From the IMG/VR virus record IMGVR_UViG_3300027712_000027: 20,000 nucleotides of DNA; one strand, written 5' to 3'. The position numbers and the translations under genes are program-made. Below are positions 8,232-14,799 of the stretch, one piece after another. Origin of the DNA: an uncultured virus (IMG/VR IMGVR_UViG_3300027712_000027). Its lineage: Duplodnaviria > Heunggongvirae > Uroviricota > Caudoviricetes. Position 1 is the stretch's first letter. Every line of letters starts with the position of its first letter. The notes below the pieces were generated by a model. The model worked only from the letters and a program-made list of their open reading frames with translations. It had not been told where the DNA came from and made no database searches.

Positions 8232-8410
8232 ATTATAAAATTGTCGAAAAAGATAAGAAGTTTTTGGTCATTGAAACTAAAACTGATCAGATCATTGATC
8301 AGTATAACACTCGTCAAGAGGCAAAAGAACGGCTACGGTTTCTAAATTTAGGTGGCGCTTTTGATGGATTTTCTCCATCTTTTATTCTAAAAAAGAATTT
8401 TTTATACTGA
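8228..8410 (+). CDS. Small hypothetical protein (60 aa)
   Basis: ATGA overlap with the upstream stop and SD GGAGG at 8219-8223. Confidence 0.75.
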   Translation: MNYKIVEKDKKFLVIETKTDQIIDQYNTRQEAKERLRFLNLGGAFDGFSPSFILKKNFLY

Positions 8411-8427
8411 AAAAGTTGAACAGCTGA

Positions 8428-8434
8428 CTAAATA
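8428..8434 (+). promoter_or_regulatory. Putative late promoter (CTAAATA) driving the structured RNA
   Basis: Lies 6 nt upstream of the first base of the closing stem at 8441. Confidence 0.6.
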
Positions 8435-8440
8435 ATATAT

Positions 8441-8545
8441 ACGATTAAAATATGTATTGCGCACAGTCGCAAGAGGCACGAGTCCAGGAGACACGGAATA
8501 GTTGGGAGCAAATGGTGGGGTTCCACCCAACCATATTTTATCGTT
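8441..8545 (+). ncRNA. Candidate structured small non-coding RNA of unknown family
   Basis: Closing stem ACGAT-T-AAAATATG (8441-8454) / CATATTTT-ATCGT (8533-8545, 13 bp with one bulge). Internal helices TTGCG/CGCAA, GTC/GAC and GTTGGG/CCCAAC. GC-richer than the flanks, no long plus-strand ORF, bracketed by a promoter and a terminator. Confidence 0.65.
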
Positions 8546-8547
8546 AC

Positions 8548-8577
8548 AGGCGGGTCCGAAAGGGCTCGCCTTTTTTT
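8548..8577 (+). terminator. Rho-independent terminator
   Basis: AGGCGGGTCC-GAAA-GGGCTCGCCT (10 bp with 2 G.U pairs) followed by a T run to 8577. Confidence 0.9.
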
Positions 8578-8592
8578 ATGGTTTAAGTTTAG

Positions 8593-8599
8593 ATAAATA
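8593..8599 (+). promoter_or_regulatory. Putative late promoter (ATAAATA) for the 8624-14700 operon
   Basis: Sits between the terminator and the SD GGAG/ATG at 8624. Confidence 0.6.
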
Positions 8600-8623
8600 C
8601 TTAAAATTATTCGGAGATTTTTC

Positions 8624-10546
8624 ATGCTATCATTCAATACTTTCTGTATCATAAATTATATCCCATCAAGTTATGGCGACATAACAGAAGAATTGAATGA
8701 TGCACAAAAAGCTGCTGTTGATAAATGGACAAAAACAAATCGTGCACAAGAAATATCAAGTCATGTAATTCCCCCAGGACAAGATAGAATTTCAATACCA
8801 TTGGGCGGTGGCGAAGCTGATACAGCAGTTCCACACCCAGATGTTCAACAACATCTTGAAAATAATGGATATAAGATATCTGATTATAAAGCAGGACTTG
8901 TACAGGATCCGAAATACCCAAATAGATCTTTAAAAATTGGTGGTGTACTTCAGAAAACTGGTGCATCTCCAAATCTTATGAAAACATATCAAAACGATCC
9001 TGCCAGAAGCGCATCTAGAGTTGGTAGCGGTGGTTTGCATGTAGTTATTTCACGTCATCCACATGATGTTGCTGGTATGTCAACAAATCAAGGTTGGAGA
9101 TCATGCATGGCTTTGGATCCAAGAGGTAGAGTAGGAAACGGTAATGATGGCTTTGATACTTTGGATAATGCTGGTCAATTTAGTCATTATCTTAAAGCTG
9201 ATGTTCAGCATGGAACTCATGTTGCATACCTTGCTCATGCTGATGATCCAGAGGCTAAAAATCCAATAGCAAGAATTGCTCTTAAACCATTCGAACCTGA
9301 AGATAAAACAAAATCAACTATTTTAAGCCCCGAAGAAAAAATATATGGTACTTCGGATAATATATTTGGAGATACAGTTAGAAAATGGGCTGCAACTAAT
9401 TTTCCTCCAGACCCAAATACTGTATACAATAAAAATCCAAAATTATATGATGATGATAAAAGAAGTAGTATCGCATCATCACCTGACCCATTGTTAAATT
9501 CTAAAAATTCAATAACTAGAGCAAAAGCTTTTGATCCAAATCAAGAGGGTGTTACCGCAAATCATATATCAAGAGGTCTTAAAGATAAAGATAGAAAGGT
9601 CAGATTGGCTGCTATTACACATGCTAATGCGAATCAAGAACATATTGCCACAGCTTTAAAAGATGATGATGGTGGCGTTGTCACAGCCGCAATACAACAT
9701 CGTAATGCATCTGCAGAGCAAGTTAATTTTATTGTGGATCATCCAAATCCACAAGCTAAATTGGCTGTGGCTAAAAATCCTAATTTAACTTCAGATCAAA
9801 TTAGTAGATTATTAAAAGATAAAACTAAAGGTGATTACGGTGATTTAATTGTGGCACAGGCAGCAGCTGAACATCCGAATTTAAATTCGGATCATATCAG
9901 TTATATATTAAAAACAAAAAATTCAAAACTTAAACATATTGCTCTGCAACATCGTAATGTTTCAGAAGATAATATTAATGAAGCGTTGCAAGATACAGAT
10001 TATGTTACTAGAGCTACCGCCATACAACATCGTAAAGTTACGACAGAACAAATTCATAATGCATTAGATGATAAAAATTCAGACGTTCGATATAACGCAG
10101 TTGCGAATAGAAATGCCTCTTCTGATAATATACATAAAGCATTAGACGATAAAAATAAAGACGTTAGATTAGCTGCTATTATGAATGAAAACGCTTCTTC
10201 TGACAATATCTATAAAGCATTAAATGATAAAAATGCAGAAGTTCGTAGAGAAGCTATGGTACATCCTAATGCAACAGCAGAGCATATCGAATATGCTCTT
10301 AATAAAAATAAAAATGATATCAATTCTGAAGGTAGATTGAGCAAAATAGGTTTCAGAGGCGCTTATGTTCCATTAGAACATTATAAGGCTAAAGATATTA
10401 CCGCTGCTATGGGTAATAACCCATCAACACAATTGGCCAGAGTATTATTGAATCATCCAGAGGCAAATGCCACTCATCATCAAATAGCATTAACTCATCC
10501 GGATATGGAAATTCGTAGACTAGCAATGAAAAAATTAGGGAAGTAA
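8624..10546 (+). CDS. Protein with an unknown globular N-terminal domain and C-terminal 26-aa HEAT/LRV-like helical repeats
   Basis: Repeats such as ALDDKNSDVRYNAVANRNASSDNIHK and ALDDKNKDVRLAAIMNENASSDNIYK with a 78-nt period (10061, 10139, 10217). Conserved-looking N-domain motif SRHPHDVAGMSTNQGWRSCM. Confidence 0.85.
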   Translation: MLSFNTFCIINYIPSSYGDITEELNDAQKAAVDKWTKTNRAQEISSHVIPPGQDRISIPLGGGEADTAVPHPDVQQHLENNGYKISDYKAGLVQDPKYPNRSLKIGGVLQKTGASPNLMKTYQNDPARSASRVGSGGLHVVISRHPHDVAGMSTNQGWRSCMALDPRGRVGNGNDGFDTLDNAGQFSHYLKADVQHGTHVAYLAHADDPEAKNPIARIALKPFEPEDKTKSTILSPEEKIYGTSDNIFGDTVRKWAATNFPPDPNTVYNKNPKLYDDDKRSSIASSPDPLLNSKNSITRAKAFDPNQEGVTANHISRGLKDKDRKVRLAAITHANANQEHIATALKDDDGGVVTAAIQHRNASAEQVNFIVDHPNPQAKLAVAKNPNLTSDQISRLLKDKTKGDYGDLIVAQAAAEHPNLNSDHISYILKTKNSKLKHIALQHRNVSEDNINEALQDTDYVTRATAIQHRKVTTEQIHNALDDKNSDVRYNAVANRNASSDNIHKALDDKNKDVRLAAIMNENASSDNIYKALNDKNAEVRREAMVHPNATAEHIEYALNKNKNDINSEGRLSKIGFRGAYVPLEHYKAKDITAAMGNNPSTQLARVLLNHPEANATHHQIALTHPDMEIRRLAMKKLGK

Positions 10547-10547
10547 C

Positions 10548-11204
10548 ATGATCTCATTTAAATCTTTTGATTTTAATATAGTCGAAAGTGTCGCATCTAA
10601 TGATAGTCGACATTATTTCGATCTTGATGATACATTGTTCCATCATGATAACTCTAAGTTAAGAGTTCACGTTCATGATCAGAGTAATAGAAGAGTTCGA
10701 ACTTTAACCAGTTCTGAGTTCAATAGACATCAGTTACCACCTGGTCATGCTTATGATTTCAGTGAGTTCAGATCATCAAGGATATTTGGTGAGTCATCAA
10801 AACCAATTCGCAAAATGATTGCCAAATTAAAAGGCATACATAAGAACGGTGGTAAAGCTGAAATTTTAACGGCTCGTTCCGACTTTGATGATAAAGATGC
10901 GTTTGCTCATCATATGAAAAAATATGGTATTGATCCAGGTCAAATTCATGTTCGTCGTGCTGGTAATATGGTTGGTATGAGATCACCACAAGCCAAGGCT
11001 GCTATCGTCAGTCAGGCGATTCAGGAAAATGGTTTAAAGAAAGTGCACCTTTATGACGATCATCCTGATAATTTAAACGAGTTCCTCAAATTGAAAAGTA
11101 AACACCCTGACGTTGAATTTCATGCACATCATGTTGAACATGATCCGGAAACTGGTAACGTCAATATAACAACAACATCAGTAATTCCGAAGGATAAAAA
11201 ATAA
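10548..11204 (+). CDS. HAD-superfamily hydrolase (putative phosphatase/nucleotidase)
   Basis: Motif I FDLDDTLF, motif II ILTAR, motif III Lys (QAK), motif IV LYDD...NL. Confidence 0.85.
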   Translation: MISFKSFDFNIVESVASNDSRHYFDLDDTLFHHDNSKLRVHVHDQSNRRVRTLTSSEFNRHQLPPGHAYDFSEFRSSRIFGESSKPIRKMIAKLKGIHKNGGKAEILTARSDFDDKDAFAHHMKKYGIDPGQIHVRRAGNMVGMRSPQAKAAIVSQAIQENGLKKVHLYDDHPDNLNEFLKLKSKHPDVEFHAHHVEHDPETGNVNITTTSVIPKDKK

Positions 11205-12727
11205 TGTTTAAATTTGCTGAATATTTGATAGAAGCTGCTAAAAAAGTAAAAAAACAAGGCGATTTTAAACCAGGAGATGCAGCTGGTAAATTATTTGAAC
11301 TTTTAAAAGGTCGCGAACATAATGGTGGCAAATTTCCTGATTCGTATAGAGTGGAAGGAAAAACGCCAGAAAATATTCATGACAAAACTGCTAAAATTCT
11401 TTTTGGCGATCAATACAAAGACCACCCAGTATACAAAAATATGGTTGATGCAGCTAAAACATCTTCAGAAATGACAGAAAGATGGGTTGCTGGTAGACAT
11501 CAACATGATAGAACAAAAGGCTTTAATCGTTTTGTATGGACATCACAGCCATCTGATCCTGAAAAATTTCTAGGAAGTAAACCAGAAAAACCTGTTGGTG
11601 ATAATATGGCTGAATTATCCCATGGCGGTAATCATGCTTTTTCTGAAAAAGTTACAGATATTGGTAGCCATATTAATTATGCTAATCCAGGCGTTCAAAA
11701 TTTTGAAAGAATGACTGGTAGAAAATTATCTCAACATAATGAACCATACGCAAAAGTTCTTACAAAACATGGAATTCGCGGCGCTGCAGGAACAGATTTC
11801 CTTAAAAAAATTATTCCAGGCAGAAGACAAACAGATTATGTTAATACACCTAAAGAACAAAAAATAGCCGATGAAATAAATGCAGCATATAACGAACGTA
11901 ATAAAAGTTACGGGCGAGATATGAGAGATGCATTTAGCGATATGGCAGAAAAAGATAAAAAAGATGGTGGTACAAGATTAAGAGATGCTATTTTTAATGC
12001 TGTTACACCTTCTCGAGAAACGCCAACAACAGTTACTCATACAGAATTAAATTCTGATGGCACTCACCACAGAACACGTGTTTATGATTTACACGAACAT
12101 ATTAACCAATATCTTGATCAATTTCATGGATTACACATTCAACCAAATGAAAAAGATCCAGCTAGTGTAACAATTCATGGTATTCATAAAAAAACTGGCG
12201 AAGTAATGCCTATCTCTAGAATGGCAGTATATAGTTCTGATAAAAGTCAAATTTCTCCACGTGGATCAATGACACTTCCTAGTGAAAATCATAAAAATGT
12301 ACAGTATCTTAATGAATTAGATACTTCTGGTAAACACGGAAATTCTATGGATCAATATTCTTTAAATTCTTCTGCACAAAGACCTACTGCTAGAGTTAGG
12401 GTTTCGCAAAAAGATTTTCCTGATAAACCTAAACCAACAAAACCAAAACGTGCAGCGAAACCAAAGGTAGCGGCTGCACCTAAACCAACAAAACCAAAAC
12501 GAGTAAAACCTTTTAAAGAAGTTATAGCACCAGCACCAGTTGTTCGGCCACAAAGAAGACAACGTGTAAGAACTCCTATATCTAGTGCACCAGTTGCTGC
12601 AGCTCCATCAACACAGTCATTGTTAAATAGACCTAGACCCGGAGTAAAAAAACTATTAACTCAAAGTTCTGCTGCAGGGTATCATGTTGGTCAAATTGGC
12701 AATAAATCGGTCGAGGAAAAAGTATAA
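11204..12727 (+). CDS. Hypothetical protein, possibly a PD-(D/E)xK nuclease-like fold, with a basic Pro/Lys/Arg-rich tail
   Basis: The 507-aa ORF is coupled by TAATG at both ends and is solid. GKLFELL...VWT...GDNM...FSEK only loosely recalls a restriction-endonuclease-like arrangement, so the fold call is weak. Confidence 0.6.
   Translation: MFKFAEYLIEAAKKVKKQGDFKPGDAAGKLFELLKGREHNGGKFPDSYRVEGKTPENIHDKTAKILFGDQYKDHPVYKNMVDAAKTSSEMTERWVAGRHQHDRTKGFNRFVWTSQPSDPEKFLGSKPEKPVGDNMAELSHGGNHAFSEKVTDIGSHINYANPGVQNFERMTGRKLSQHNEPYAKVLTKHGIRGAAGTDFLKKIIPGRRQTDYVNTPKEQKIADEINAAYNERNKSYGRDMRDAFSDMAEKDKKDGGTRLRDAIFNAVTPSRETPTTVTHTELNSDGTHHRTRVYDLHEHINQYLDQFHGLHIQPNEKDPASVTIHGIHKKTGEVMPISRMAVYSSDKSQISPRGSMTLPSENHKNVQYLNELDTSGKHGNSMDQYSLNSSAQRPTARVRVSQKDFPDKPKPTKPKRAAKPKVAAAPKPTKPKRVKPFKEVIAPAPVVRPQRRQRVRTPISSAPVAAAPSTQSLLNRPRPGVKKLLTQSSAAGYHVGQIGNKSVEEKV
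12427..12501 (+). repeat. 24-bp direct repeat (ACCTAAACCAACAAAACCAAAACG) with a 51-nt period
   Basis: Copies at 12427-12450 and 12478-12501 encode PKPTKPKR twice. Confidence 0.85.
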
Positions 12728-14700
12728 TGTTTAATTTTAAAAGTTTTCTTACAGAAGATGCATCTGATCCAGGAACTAAACTTGGACATATTACACATGC
12801 GCATAGATCGATGTTTGTTTTTGCTAAACCAAGAAAAAACAAAACAACTGGTGAAATTTTACCACCTACCGATGAAGAAAAATCAACGGGCGGTGATGCA
12901 GGTATTGCTATGACCGATAAAATGCTTAGATATGCCCATAATCATCTTCGTGGTGCGGCTGTACCAAATAATGTTACTGTTACTGAAAAAATGGAGGGGT
13001 CGCCTTCATTCCTTATAAGAAAACATAGGGGCGTAACTAGCGTTGGTTATAAGGGCGCTGTGGGAAAAGACGGAAAAATATCAGAAGACAAAATGGCGTC
13101 AACACATGAAGATATTGATAGACTTTTTGGTCACGCTCCTGGTCTTGCTGATAAAATGCATAGACTACTTGATCATGGCGGTAAAATATTACCAGATAGT
13201 CCGAAAATTTTCTCCGGAGATTATATGGGCGATCCTAGCGAACTTCATAGCGACGCCCATCAGCATTCAATACTTCCGAATGCAATAGCATATCATTTTG
13301 GTAAAGATACACCAGAAGGTATTAAAGCAAAAAATGCAAAAATTATCATTGCTTTACATAGCCAGTATACACCAAAATCTGGTGCAGAACCTATTGATAA
13401 AAAAACTAGAGATTCATTTGTAGATCATCCAGATGTCCATAATATGGATCCAACTGTGAATGTTAATCCTCAAAATTATACACCTGAAGAACAAGCTGAA
13501 TATGCATTGCATATGAAAAACGCTGCAAAAACATATTCTAAAATAAAAGAAGATAGTAAAGATTCGCCAGGAAATGGGTTTAACGATGTTATGCGTCGTC
13601 ATGGTGAAAATATAGAATCTTATATGTCTCATACTATTAGAAACGATCTTACTCCTTCTGTACAAGGATATATTGATCATTTAAATTCAAAATCAGCTGC
13701 AAGATTAGCAAAACCATTATCCGACAAAGTTAAAAACAACGAGTCTAGAAAACATGCAGATAATGTAGCTGATGTTATTGCCAATCAACACCATATTAAA
13801 AACTCTTTCGATTTAATGAATCATTTTAAAAATGCACAAGAAGTGCTTAGAAAAGTTGCGGCTAAAAATTCACCATTTAGCACAAGTATTAATGGCGAAG
13901 CATCAGAAGGAGAAGGTTTAGTTGTTACTCTTCACCATCCAGATGGCACAACAAGTTATAATAAAGCAGCAAATCCTTGGTTTACCAAATATAATTTAAC
14001 TGGTGGCGGTGCAGTTGCACAAAGACAAGCTTCTGCCAAATTAACAGCTCCAGCTTCAGAGGCTCCATCACCCACACCTGCACTAGCAGCGCCAATTAAA
14101 GAAGATGTTGAAAAACCTGGTTCTCATGGTGTTATAATTGGTGGATTTTCTCCATATACAATAGCGCATCATAGCGTAGTTAATACTATGCAAAATGCAG
14201 GCCATGATTCTAATAATGTTTTCGTAACAAAATCAACAGGCCGTCCAATACCAATTGAAAATAAAATTGATGATATAAAAAATGCTGCTGGCCCTAATGT
14301 GAATGTAAGTCCAACAGTAACACCATTTCATGCGCTTCGTGATATGTGGAATTCCGGTAAAAGAGGATCTGTTACAATTTATGGTGGTTCAGATCGTAAA
14401 ACTATGGCGGATCGACTTAGAGATTATAAAGATGTGGAAGGTGAACATGGATTTAATGTGCATTTTCATCAAGTTGGTGGGGAAAGAAAATCTGGCGCAC
14501 AGGGAATGGACGGTGTTTCTGGAACAGCAGCACGTGCTGCAAAATCACCAGAAGAACTTAAAAAAGTTTTACCACCAGCTAATTACGACCGTGCCGAAAG
14601 GATATTTAATGACATTAATACTCCACAAGAAGTTAAACCAAAAAAAGCTAAAGCTCGTGCAATAAAAGAAGCGTGGACATCTTTTCGTTCATTTAGATAA
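12727..14700 (+). CDS. Fusion of a ligase-like nucleotidyltransferase domain (DUF6267-like) and a C-terminal cytidylyltransferase-like (HIGH-motif) domain
   Basis: TEKMEGSP resembles ligase motif I KxDG and EGEGLVV resembles motif IV. A Pro/Ala linker precedes IIGGFSPYTIAH (degenerate T/HxGH), GGSDR and GVSGTAAR. The DUF name is from recall. Confidence 0.65.
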   Translation: MFNFKSFLTEDASDPGTKLGHITHAHRSMFVFAKPRKNKTTGEILPPTDEEKSTGGDAGIAMTDKMLRYAHNHLRGAAVPNNVTVTEKMEGSPSFLIRKHRGVTSVGYKGAVGKDGKISEDKMASTHEDIDRLFGHAPGLADKMHRLLDHGGKILPDSPKIFSGDYMGDPSELHSDAHQHSILPNAIAYHFGKDTPEGIKAKNAKIIIALHSQYTPKSGAEPIDKKTRDSFVDHPDVHNMDPTVNVNPQNYTPEEQAEYALHMKNAAKTYSKIKEDSKDSPGNGFNDVMRRHGENIESYMSHTIRNDLTPSVQGYIDHLNSKSAARLAKPLSDKVKNNESRKHADNVADVIANQHHIKNSFDLMNHFKNAQEVLRKVAAKNSPFSTSINGEASEGEGLVVTLHHPDGTTSYNKAANPWFTKYNLTGGGAVAQRQASAKLTAPASEAPSPTPALAAPIKEDVEKPGSHGVIIGGFSPYTIAHHSVVNTMQNAGHDSNNVFVTKSTGRPIPIENKIDDIKNAAGPNVNVSPTVTPFHALRDMWNSGKRGSVTIYGGSDRKTMADRLRDYKDVEGEHGFNVHFHQVGGERKSGAQGMDGVSGTAARAAKSPEELKKVLPPANYDRAERIFNDINTPQEVKPKKAKARAIKEAWTSFRSFR

Positions 14701-14721
14701 TTTAACCAAAAACAAAGAAAC

Positions 14722-14799
14722 CTAAATAACCTTGTTAGTGCAGTAAGGCTATGGCAGACCTGCAGATTGTTTTTGGATAAGCCTAAAGGGAAACTCCAA
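14722..14799 (+). promoter_or_regulatory. Putative late promoter (CTAAATA 14722-14728) followed by a twin-hairpin 5' leader
   Basis: TGCAG-TAAG-GC-TATG-GC-AGAC-CTGCA (14739-14764) and TTGGA-TAAG-CC-TAAA-GG-GAAAC-TCCAA (14773-14799). The second hairpin covers the SD and the A of the ATG. Confidence 0.6.

Noticed and set aside
8441..8545. tRNA, hammerhead ribozyme or cobalamin riboswitch identity for the structured RNA
   Set aside because: There is no cloverleaf with a TTCRA loop, no CTGANGA/GAAA core and no B12 box. Only a T-loop-like hairpin is shared.
8428..8652. Minus-strand 74-aa ORF
   Set aside because: It runs antisense across a plus-strand promoter, structured RNA and terminator, has no recognisable motifs, and all credible genes are on the plus strand.
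14739..14799. c-di-GMP-I riboswitch (TATGG and CCTAA tetraloop-receptor-like words)
   Set aside because: The two words are in reversed order and in separate hairpins, and the GNRA-capped P2 and binding-pocket junction are missing.
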